From the NCBI GenBank assembly GCA_964409615.1, contig CAYPDT010000001.1, positions 78,629-142,628 on the forward strand: a stretch of 64,000 nucleotides of DNA. The letters run 5' to 3'. A model generated the notes under the pieces. That model had not been told where the DNA came from. It did not search any database and worked only from the letters and a program-made list of their open reading frames with translations. Source of the DNA: an uncultured Candidatus Saccharibacteria bacterium (GTDB lineage: Bacteria; Patescibacteriota; Saccharimonadia; Saccharimonadales; AWTP1-31). How positions within the stretch are numbered: position 1 is the first letter of the stretch; the number at the start of each line of letters is the position of its first letter. The translations under genes were made by a program, and so were the position numbers. Shown in pieces: positions 1 through 8,988 of the stretch.

Positions 1-176
1 AGCAACGCCACGAGCAAACTGGTACGAAGATTCTGCTGACCGACAATCCGCTTTTCGTACGAACTGGTAATGGTGTCCAGTATCTGTTTGGTCTTAGCCA
101 ACTCTTCATTCGATAATCCGCTCTTAAAAACTGGTGCTGCGGGTGCTGGTCCTGCAGGTGCTGGCTGTGGTGACAT
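1..176 (-). CDS. MoxR-like AAA+ ATPase, N-terminal 58 codons only (gene runs off the left edge)
   Basis: Manual reverse translation from ATG at 174-176 gives MSPQPAPAGPAPAAPVFKSGLSNEELAKTKQILDTITSSYEKRIVGQQNLRTSLLVALL. The IVGQ..L...LLVALL segment is the conserved lead-in to Walker A in MoxR-type ATPases. Not in the ORF track because it is truncated. Confidence 0.5.
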   Translation of the reverse strand, partial: MSPQPAPAGPAPAAPVFKSGLSNEELAKTKQILDTITSSYEKRIVGQQNLRTSLLVAL

Positions 177-240
177 AGTTGGCATTGCTGATTGAGTTGG
201 TTGTTGGCCGAGTTGTTGAGGCTGCACGTGATTCTCCTTG

Positions 241-912
241 TTATTGCTGTGGTGTTAGTGGTTTCCAGAACTGCGAAATATTCATGGCTATCTGCTGCAG
301 GGTTTCTAATGGATACGGGTCGGTTTTCTCGAAGTAGTGGCCATCATCGAACATCGAACTCATCACATCCATCAGTCGCACTTGGTCGGCTGTCAGGCGC
401 ATAAGGTCGGCAGCATCAACATCGATATTGCCAACCGCAGCAATGACTGAGCGTGGACGATAAGGTTTCATAATATTCTTAATGGCACCAATATGTAGCT
501 GATCTTTGATGATGTCGGCGCACAAAATAACCAATCGGTCGTTAAAAACCTCTGGGTTTAGATGCCCGTAAACGCTAGCCGACTGATTAAGCCGCGAGAA
601 TGCTTGGCGTTTTTTATCTTCTATCACGCCGTGGTTTTCCATCATGATGTCTTCTACTTCAAACCGTGAAAGCGCAGGATTAACCGTATAACTTCCATCT
701 GAGCTTATAACCCCAAGCACACGGTTGTCGGCATCCAGTTGGATGGTTTCTGACACTAACGGATATATCCAACCATGAAGACTACTGGCCAACGATACTG
801 CCGTAGCAAGCGACGATTCTTTTAGGCAAACGATGATTGGTTCTGGCACCACGATAGAAGATATCTGAATTGCTAACCGGCTGCCCAAATCGGTTCGATC
901 AATATAGTACAT
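241..912 (-). CDS. Phosphoribosyltransferase-like protein (degenerate PRTase fold), function unknown
   Basis: 223-aa ORF. YIDRTDLGSRLA...IIVCLKESSLATAVSLASSL and RLVILCADIIKDQLHIGAIKNI resemble the stand-alone putative-PRTase family, but the acidic PRPP loop is degenerate. Motif match from memory only. Confidence 0.4.
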   Translation of the reverse strand: MYYIDRTDLGSRLAIQISSIVVPEPIIVCLKESSLATAVSLASSLHGWIYPLVSETIQLDADNRVLGVISSDGSYTVNPALSRFEVEDIMMENHGVIEDKKRQAFSRLNQSASVYGHLNPEVFNDRLVILCADIIKDQLHIGAIKNIMKPYRPRSVIAAVGNIDVDAADLMRLTADQVRLMDVMSSMFDDGHYFEKTDPYPLETLQQIAMNISQFWKPLTPQQ

Positions 913-1025
913 TGTTTCTCCACTGTTGAGAGTAATTATGGATGACTACATACATAAGCGCAAGCGTTAATGTGAATAATTACCCAGTAGTTTGTTATAC
1001 TTATGGCAATAACGAAAAATAAACA

Positions 1026-1361
1026 ATGACAAAATACCATCAAAAAGCACATCAAAAACAGCAAAAAGTTTTAGTCATCAAGAAACAAGCCAAAACAAAG
1101 CTTGTCGACCGCATGACATACCTGGTTGCCGCCATAGAGCCAATTGTCACCATTCCCCAGGTGTACGTTATCTTTCACGATAAAACCGCTGAAGGGATTG
1201 CCATTAGTTCGTGGATTGGCTACGAACTGTTCACTCTAATCTGGCTATGGTACGGCATCGTACACAAAGAAAAAGTTATTATTTTTTACCAGCTGTGCTG
1301 GCTAGTACTTCAGCTGGTAATCATTATTGGCGGCTTGATGTACGGGGCTAAGTGGATCTAA
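1026..1361 (+). CDS. Small PQ-loop / SemiSWEET-like membrane protein
   Basis: 111 aa. A basic N-terminus is followed by three hydrophobic helices with a PQ motif in helix 1 (IVTIPQVYVIF). Size and topology fit SemiSWEET/PQ-loop proteins. Confidence 0.5.
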   Translation: MTKYHQKAHQKQQKVLVIKKQAKTKLVDRMTYLVAAIEPIVTIPQVYVIFHDKTAEGIAISSWIGYELFTLIWLWYGIVHKEKVIIFYQLCWLVLQLVIIIGGLMYGAKWI

Positions 1362-1370
1362 ACCGATAGT

Positions 1371-2234
1371 CTACGCTGCCGGAGCATCGTAACGAACAAC
1401 TGGTGTGCTCAGATATTGCTGCGCACCAGCCAACAATACACGATCTACAGGAATTATAGAATCGACTACAGAGGGCCTGAAGTCTCGTATGCTAATGTCG
1501 CTGCCGTTCATTTTGGTGAAGAGTCCATAGAAAACTGCATCAGACATATTACGAAACACCATTGACGTTGCCGCCACAGCTGCGTAGTCGAGTGACTCTA
1601 CTGCACCCGTTACATGCTGAGTAAGGTCCTCAATGCCACGGTAGGCGGCATATGCTTTCATGGCACCCAGAGCAAACATAAATGTTCGCCCAACATGTGA
1701 CCCTCTTCGACCTATCTCTGGAAAGTACGCAACATCCAGCACATTAGACCTGATTGAGCTCTCGACGACGCCGCTTTTGATAGCGCCGTCAAGTGCTCGT
1801 GCCCAAGACACTGGCTGGTCTTGCAACCCACGGGCTGCGAGGCCGTCACGGATTTGTGCGGTGTCGAGGTCGACCGTGCCATCAGGGCGGTAATAAGCAC
1901 TGTAAAAACGGCGCGTGATATCGCTGCCCTGATTGGGGGCGCTTGAAGTTGTACCACGACTGAGCCGCGCTTTTTGCTTTACGCGAGTTAGCGACATAGT
2001 GCCGTCGAAATTAACACTGGCATTGGCATTCGTTTGTGTTTCGAGTGTGGCACTAGCAACTGTCAAGCTTCCTAAACCTCCGCCTGACCGAGCTAAGCGG
2101 CGTAGTCGAGTCGGATTAACCATGAGGCGGTCAGCGTCAAGCTCCTTCGGAACAGGCAAACGCCAGTCGATTTTATTTTTAGCAAACACCTCGGGTGCAC
2201 GCTCATCATTCACGGATATCCACATAAGTGACAT
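1371..2234 (-). CDS. Hypothetical protein
   Basis: ORF track gives 1371..2306. I prefer the internal Met (MSLMWISVNDE, ATG at 2232-2234) because the longer form overlaps the divergent neighbour. No recognisable motif. Confidence 0.4.
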   Translation of the reverse strand: MSLMWISVNDERAPEVFAKNKIDWRLPVPKELDADRLMVNPTRLRRLARSGGGLGSLTVASATLETQTNANASVNFDGTMSLTRVKQKARLSRGTTSSAPNQGSDITRRFYSAYYRPDGTVDLDTAQIRDGLAARGLQDQPVSWARALDGAIKSGVVESSIRSNVLDVAYFPEIGRRGSHVGRTFMFALGAMKAYAAYRGIEDLTQHVTGAVESLDYAAVAATSMVFRNMSDAVFYGLFTKMNGSDISIRDFRPSVVDSIIPVDRVLLAGAQQYLSTPVVRYDAPAA

Positions 2235-2306
2235 ATTATACTGTTGCCACATCAACTTTGCAAAACAATGTTGCGATGTTTGCAGTTTTATTTTATAATA
2301 CAACAA

Positions 2307-3182
2307 ATGTCAATCAATGTCTTCCCTGACCGCTATAGTACCGAGCTCAATATGCCTGAGCTTGAATTACCAATGAGCTATGGTATGAATTGTGGTTGGG
2401 GCACTATACAAGTCACTGAAGGTGCGCATGAAGCGTATGGCTTGACGCCTCTAGTGCCTACCGTTACCGACAGAAGCGACCTGCGTGCAACTAATGACAC
2501 GACGAAATCACTAGTAAAGGTAGTCTTGGCTGCGCCACATGAATTGCCCGAGCCACCTCAGGAAGGTTCTATTTGGACAAGTCACGTCCAAAGCAAATCA
2601 GATATCGGAATTCTAGTGGGTCTGGGGATGGACTTGCCCCGTGCGAAAGAACTGAAAAAAGCATCTTTATTTGAGCAATTTCAACCATTGTTAGGTGAAG
2701 ACCTGACAATTGACGAGGTCTTAGGACGGATGGTAACACCAGACAACGTGCCTATTATAGATACCATCGAGGCACAAACAAAAAGTCTAATAGCTCACCA
2801 ACTATCCAATTCTGTTTCTGATGAGACAAGCATTGCACTGGCTGCAAGAGAACGACACTACGATAACATGTCTATAAAACAGCGTTTGCAGATTTTGGGC
2901 GGCGTTGGCATAACATCGACATTTGCCCCGCTTTTTGTGGTCACCGCGCTAGAAGTACCATTACAACCCGCTTCTCTCGCGTTCCCGGCCGCCACCGCAC
3001 TTACAACGGCAGTGCTTTCGAGCCGTTCTCTTGGTCGTTGGCTTAGGCAGCAGCCTACTAGAGAAGCTGCGTTTTCAAATCACGCCGATTACGCTGGACA
3101 ACTAGTAGGCGATAACTTTCATGATGCCTATTGTACAAACCACTTCGACAATCAGTTCACACAGATGCTGCCACAAGATTAG
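2307..3182 (+). CDS. Hypothetical protein with C-terminal hydrophobic segments
   Basis: ORF 2244..3182. Likely start at MSINVFPDRY (2307). Hydrophobic stretch GGVGITSTFAPLFVVTALEV...AATALTTAVLS. No family recognised. Confidence 0.4.
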   Translation: MSINVFPDRYSTELNMPELELPMSYGMNCGWGTIQVTEGAHEAYGLTPLVPTVTDRSDLRATNDTTKSLVKVVLAAPHELPEPPQEGSIWTSHVQSKSDIGILVGLGMDLPRAKELKKASLFEQFQPLLGEDLTIDEVLGRMVTPDNVPIIDTIEAQTKSLIAHQLSNSVSDETSIALAARERHYDNMSIKQRLQILGGVGITSTFAPLFVVTALEVPLQPASLAFPAATALTTAVLSSRSLGRWLRQQPTREAAFSNHADYAGQLVGDNFHDAYCTNHFDNQFTQMLPQD

Positions 3183-3222
3183 CTGGCTTTAGATAATTTT
3201 CTGCAAGCAATCTAAGCTTGAA

Positions 3223-3798
3223 TTAGTTAGGACCATTAGAATCACCGGTTATAGGGTCAATACCGTAACCTGCCTGGCGCAGAGTAGCTAAGGCTTCGGC
3301 GGCCTCTGGGCCCACACGGTACTCAGAACCGATACGACAAACTACGGCTGACTGCGTGGCAAATCTCTCGCTCGTAAAGAAAACCCCGTCGTCCTGCAGC
3401 TGAAAATATGCATCATACAAGGCTGCAGTACGTTCTAGCGCATCACTTGGGCCAGTGAGCCCTGAAACATCTTCGTGGCTCATGCCTACAGCCTCGTCTA
3501 TCACTGGCTGATACACCCGATGAAAGCCTTCAACCAATTTTACTGGATTGGCTCGCTGCCCCTGCCAACCTTGCGGGCAGACTGGTGTTTCGTATGGCCA
3601 CAACTGGTTATCACTGGCAACATTGCCGATATCAAGCACTAAAACCGTTGTCGCCAAAAGTGCATTACCAGCTAAAACACCAGCAACCAAAGCGGCCCGC
3701 CTGAGCCCGGGGCGGTGGAAAAATGATTCTTGGTTGTCTTTTTCTGGTACTGGACTGGTGTTTCGTGGTGAAAACATAGAAGTATATTTTCTACGCAT
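3223..3798 (-). CDS. Hypothetical N-terminally membrane-anchored protein
   Basis: 191 aa. Single TM near the N-terminus (AALVAGVLAGNALLATTVLVL). No family recognised. Confidence 0.4.
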   Translation of the reverse strand: MRRKYTSMFSPRNTSPVPEKDNQESFFHRPGLRRAALVAGVLAGNALLATTVLVLDIGNVASDNQLWPYETPVCPQGWQGQRANPVKLVEGFHRVYQPVIDEAVGMSHEDVSGLTGPSDALERTAALYDAYFQLQDDGVFFTSERFATQSAVVCRIGSEYRVGPEAAEALATLRQAGYGIDPITGDSNGPN

Positions 3799-3885
3799 AT
3801 TTATGATTTGTCAATAACTGCCCACCCGCTGCATGACCTGATACATGCTTATGGTTAGATGGTATACTTCTACCAGAAGTAATCT

Positions 3886-5289
3886 ATGTCAAAATTCATA
3901 CATCTTACCGTCGATCACCTGCGACACGGCCGGGTTGTACACTACAAAGCTGGCGATGTATTAACTATAGCTTTTAAACAAAATATTGCAGGTTTTGGGG
4001 TACGGTTTGCGCCACTTCAAAGCTATCAATCATGGAACCTGCGCACAGTAAATAGTAGTGTGGGCCTTACCACCTATGCACCCAGTCAAGCATTTAGCCT
4101 AGACGGTATTCATCTTGAATTTGTCTCGCCAGGCGATGAGGGGCTCGAGATAGTTCCCCACCGGTCTGGTAAACAACTAATTATTCATACAACTAATGCA
4201 GGCGTATTACAACGACGCACACGAGCGCACAAAAGCTATGCCCCACCCCAGTGAGCTTATGACTTCTGGTTTACGACCTCCTGGACGCGTATGAGCCGAG
4301 AAAATGTAACAACAGATATAGCTGAGGCTAAGCAGCACCATCTCGCTCCACGAGTGTGGTTACTCGATGCAGGCTGGTCATCAGACGCATCATACTTAGA
4401 TTTCAATAAACGTCGATTTGCAGATGGAAATAACTTTCTGACTACTTTGCGCGACCAGCAGATACAACCGATCGTCTGGATGGCACCGTATATAACGGTT
4501 AAGACTAGGAACTGGGAACAGTTTCATGCCAATGGCTGGTTCGTTAAGGATGTCCATGGTAACTCAATGGTCTTTGCCGTGACTGGCGACAACTTGCAAT
4601 TTGGTTCGTATATCGACTATACCAATGAATCATTATTACAGTTTCTGCAGCAAAAAATTACCGCACTCCATCAAGCAGGATTACAAGGCATCATGTTTGA
4701 TTTTGGTGAATCTTTGCCTGACGGTGCTGTCTTCCAAAATTCTTCTCCAGCAGTAAATATTCACGCGCAACGTAGCCTTCAAGGTCATAACTGGTACGTT
4801 GGCGAAGCAAAGCGAGCCCTGCACCAAATAGTTCGACAATTTGATTTGTGTCTCATATCTCGTTCGGGATGGACAGATACCTATACCCACTCTGGCCTGT
4901 GGCTTGGAGACCAGTCGTCAGATATGTCACGCTTTGCAGGCCTCGGGAGTCTAACTTGGGGGTATAAAACTGCCTACGAAGCCGGCTATAACTTTGTAGG
5001 CATGGATATTGGGGGCTATTTTGGCTTTCCATCACCGCACGACTACAAACGCTGGCTAGACCTAGCCGTCACTATGCCGTTTGCCATGCTGCACGGCGCC
5101 TACCGCAATGACCCCTGGGATGAAGGCAGTGAGGTGCTCAGTCACTTCAGAAAACGCCGCGAGCAACATAACCAAATATGGCAAAACCCAACAAAAGTAA
5201 TTCCAGAATTTACAGTCAGCAGTAATACACTAAAGATAGAGAAGATACATGTTGCTAGCTTCACCTTCAATAATACAAACGTAAACTAA
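3886..5289 (+). pseudogene. Glycoside hydrolase family 31 (alpha-glucosidase/xylosidase-like) interrupted by an in-frame TGA
   Basis: ORFs 3886..4254 and 4291..5289 share a frame and are separated by TGA at 4252-4254. Read-through gives APPQ*AYDFWFTTSW, which aligns with the GH31 PPxWxxGxWxTTS motif (E. coli YicI LPPAWSFGLWLTTSF), with the stop at the conserved Trp. Downstream GH31 motifs: IMFDFGE, SRSGW...LWLGDQSS, GMDIGGY. Confidence 0.7.
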
Positions 5290-5333
5290 TCAGGATAAGC
5301 ACCTTCGAGTGCTCGTCATGAACGAACTGGCTT

Positions 5334-5519
5334 TTGCTTCGCAAAAGACTCAGTTCAAGTTTGGGTGACCAAGAAAAAGACCCCAGTCAAGCTGAGGTAC
5401 TTTTCTTGGTGGCTCCTCCCAGGGAAAACTGGAACGACATCTTCTCTGGAATCACTAGATTGAGCGATGAACTGGAGAAGCTCGGCATCGACATAGTTAT
5501 GGAGACCGACAATGCGTAG
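5334..5519 (+). CDS. Small hypothetical ORF overlapping the start of the PLD-like gene
   Basis: 61-aa ORF with a TTG start. Its end overlaps the ATG of the next gene by 8 nt. No motif; coding status uncertain. Confidence 0.25.
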   Translation: MLRKRLSSSLGDQEKDPSQAEVLFLVAPPRENWNDIFSGITRLSDELEKLGIDIVMETDNA

Positions 5520-6018
5520 ATTCCTCTTCCTGTTAGGTCAACGAGCCTACGATAACTCCGCTCTGCTTAGTTCGCAATTACTCAATGAGGAAGCTTTTTA
5601 TGACGTGTTCCTACATGATATTCGTCGAGCTAGAAGAAGTGTAATCATCGAAAGTCCATTCATCACCACGAAACGTTTACTTTTGTTGCACTATCCACTT
5701 AAAAGAGCACGCAAGCGGGGCGTACATATTGTTATAAACACCCGCGATCCAGATACACATAGAGGTTCAATGCGCCAACAAGCACGAGATGGCGTCGCTT
5801 GGTTACAACATCTAGGAGTAACGGTGATCTATACAGGTAATCTGCACCGCAAGCTAGCAATCATCGACCACCGCATATTGTATGAGGGCAGTCTGAATAT
5901 CTTGTCGCAGTCAGATAGTTGTGAAATGATGCGCCGTACCGACTCGGCAGAGCTTGTACGGCAAATGATACGCTTTACCAACCTCCGAAAGTGGTATAAG
6001 ATTGCAAATCATGAGTGA
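5512..6018 (+). CDS. Single-HKD phospholipase D / Nuc-like nuclease family protein (copy 1)
   Basis: 168 aa. HKD motif HRKLAIIDHRILYEGSLN in a Nuc-sized protein. Roughly 45% identical by eye to the ORF at 47536..48033. Confidence 0.75.
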   Translation: MRRFLFLLGQRAYDNSALLSSQLLNEEAFYDVFLHDIRRARRSVIIESPFITTKRLLLLHYPLKRARKRGVHIVINTRDPDTHRGSMRQQARDGVAWLQHLGVTVIYTGNLHRKLAIIDHRILYEGSLNILSQSDSCEMMRRTDSAELVRQMIRFTNLRKWYKIANHE

Positions 6019-6229
6019 TCACTTTACCGACGAAGACATTGCAGCAGTTGGACGTTATATGAAAATGTTTTATCCTGACCGTCCCGAAAAGGCCGAACCG
6101 GCTTACTGCTTGGCTTTCTTGGAGCACATCAAAGCGCGTATCGATGAAAACGTCCGCAGCATCGCACTTGATAACCCTGATAAGTTCGAAGAACTAGTCA
6201 ACGAATACGAAAAATCTCTAAACAGCTAG
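6002..6229 (+). CDS. Small helical partner protein of PLD-like nuclease (copy 1)
   Basis: 75 aa. Start overlaps the PLD stop by 17 nt. Homologous to ORF 47327..47518 (EDIAAVGRYM...DNPDKFEELV versus KDIESVMRYL...SNPELLEKLR). Confidence 0.5.
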   Translation: MQIMSDHFTDEDIAAVGRYMKMFYPDRPEKAEPAYCLAFLEHIKARIDENVRSIALDNPDKFEELVNEYEKSLNS

Positions 6230-6438
6230 AACGGCATTACGCTCGAAGACGACACTCCGAGTGCTTTAACGATCTTTTCTAGTGTTTTGAGTGATGGCAC
6301 AACTTCACCGCGTTCAATTTTGGCATAGTGATTCACCGTAGTACCGGCTCGCTTAGCGACCTCGGCCTGCGTGTAACCCTTCTTTTGTCGAGCAGACTGT
6401 AGTTTGTGACCGATGTGCTTGGAAGTTTTTTCTGACAT
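6226..6438 (-). CDS. XRE-family helix-turn-helix transcriptional regulator
   Basis: 70 aa. Classic HTH_3 pattern: LQSARQKKGYTQAEVAKRAGTTVNHYAKIERGEVVPSLKTLEKIVKALGV. Confidence 0.85.
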   Translation of the reverse strand: MSEKTSKHIGHKLQSARQKKGYTQAEVAKRAGTTVNHYAKIERGEVVPSLKTLEKIVKALGVSSSSVMPF

Positions 6439-6464
6439 ATTGTTATTTTACTACGACGATCATT

Positions 6465-7019
6465 TTATCTAGACCTTAAGCTTGGAAATTGCGAATTAAT
6501 AGGAGCATTCTGCGAGAAATCTACTGAACCATGCCATTCGTCCGCCAGTTCATCGGCAAATTCATTATCCAGCTCGTATATCTTACCGTCAGCTAGATCA
6601 AGAGCAATTCCTCGTATTTGGAGTCCGTCATCGTTACGATCAATAGCAATACTACTAGGACTGTGCTTTGTAACTTCAGTAGCAATCATATCTGCGGTAG
6701 GCCATTCATGTTCATCGGTGTGTTGTTGAGCTTGGACAATTTGCACGCTTGCAGCTTCAAAGCCAGCACCGAATTGTCTGACTAATCTTTCTACGTCCAA
6801 ATCTAGCATTCGAGCATGCGACAAATGCGCTAGCAGCCCTCTTTGTGCTTCAGGAGAGTACATAGCAATTGCCTTGCAGGTGAAGAGTCCCATGGTGGCC
6901 AAAAAGGGTCGTTCTGGCGTATGATCTGCCGCCACAAAGTAACCTTCTAAGACAGAGTAAAAGTCAATTTTTCTGTCCAAGGGTGAGGTAGAGAATGTTC
7001 TTATTTCACCAGATGTCAT
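6465..7019 (-). CDS. Hypothetical protein with CheD-like (Cys/His deamidase) motif pattern
   Basis: 184 aa, immediately upstream of the XRE gene. EGYFVA...PFLATMGLFTCKAIAMYSPEAQRGLLAHLSH parallels the CheD core GEY.V...TLGLGSCVAV...GMAHVMLP (Cys and His retained). From-memory alignment. Confidence 0.35.
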   Translation of the reverse strand: MTSGEIRTFSTSPLDRKIDFYSVLEGYFVAADHTPERPFLATMGLFTCKAIAMYSPEAQRGLLAHLSHARMLDLDVERLVRQFGAGFEAASVQIVQAQQHTDEHEWPTADMIATEVTKHSPSSIAIDRNDDGLQIRGIALDLADGKIYELDNEFADELADEWHGSVDFSQNAPINSQFPSLRSR

Positions 7020-7114
7020 AAGAATTATTATACCACTTATACTTATGTATGTAAATGCTACTATTTGACAGGATGCAGTTGTATATGTCCTAATAATCTG
7101 GTACTATGTATGTG

Positions 7115-7169
7115 GATTGGGGTGTCCCCAATCGGCATAAGGTCTCACTAGTTGAGGCTTTTTGTTTTT
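7115..7169 (+). terminator. Plus-strand two-hairpin element ending in a U-tract (orphan terminator or 3' end of a small RNA)
   Basis: Hairpin GATTGGGG-tgt-CCCCAATC (7115-7133). Then GTCTCA-ctagt-TGAGGC (7142-7158). Then TTTTTGTTTTT (7159-7169). Both neighbouring genes are on the minus strand. Confidence 0.35.
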
Positions 7170-7175
7170 CTATAA

Positions 7176-8465
<1,290 letters not shown>

Positions 8466-8480
8466 TGAGGTTGTACTCGT

Positions 8481-8915
8481 TTACTGAATAATTACTTGGC
8501 TGGCGGTTATCTTGTCGTCTGCGTCTTTGCCGATAACAATGACCTTGGCGCCAACTTGAATTGCTTCTCGGTTAGAACCGCCCGCACCTTTCTTGGTGAT
8601 TACAACTGAATCGGTGAATGTAGCGGTTTCAATCTTGTCTTTATTATTCTTAACGGTGATAGTCTTATCTGTTACCGCTTCGACAGTACCGACAATACTC
8701 CAATAGTTTCTATTCTCTTCAAGTTGGTCGGCCACTAAAGCGGTAGACTTCTTGGTTGTATCTTTGGTAGTGTTATCTGACTTTTTTGACTGTCTGCCAA
8801 GAAAGAAGGCGCCCACTAGGGCTAAGACAATGATAAAAATTGTCCCAATGAGAATAAATCGCGTTTTATTTGCAGGCTTTAAATTTGTCGTCACATTTGT
8901 ATTTGAATCTTGCAT
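8481..8915 (-). CDS. Hypothetical membrane-anchored small protein
   Basis: 144 aa. N-terminal TM (FILIGTIFIIVLALVGAFFLG) followed by a beta-rich domain. No family assigned. Confidence 0.5.
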   Translation of the reverse strand: MQDSNTNVTTNLKPANKTRFILIGTIFIIVLALVGAFFLGRQSKKSDNTTKDTTKKSTALVADQLEENRNYWSIVGTVEAVTDKTITVKNNKDKIETATFTDSVVITKKGAGGSNREAIQVGAKVIVIGKDADDKITASQVIIQ

Positions 8916-8945
8916 GACTCTCCTGGGAATTACACCTTAAATCTG

Positions 8946-8974
8946 TTGCTATTAAACTGTCATATCACTACAAT
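8946..8974 (+). promoter_or_regulatory. Candidate sigma70-type promoter of the giant kinase gene
   Basis: TTGCTA (8946-8951), 17-nt spacer, TACAAT (8969-8974). The ATG at 8989 is only 14 nt downstream and has no Shine-Dalgarno, implying a very short or leaderless 5' end. Confidence 0.35.
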
Positions 8975-8988
8975 TATATATAACACTT

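Noticed and set aside
4252-4254. Stop-codon reassignment (TGA as Trp or Gly as in codes 4/25, or TAA read-through at 37536-37538) as the explanation for the two in-frame stops
   Set aside because: Standard-code translation gives long intact ORFs throughout, including 2,622 codons. TGA ends other genes with sensible termini (for example 6016-6018). Only two isolated in-frame stops are seen. Nonsense mutations are the more economical explanation.
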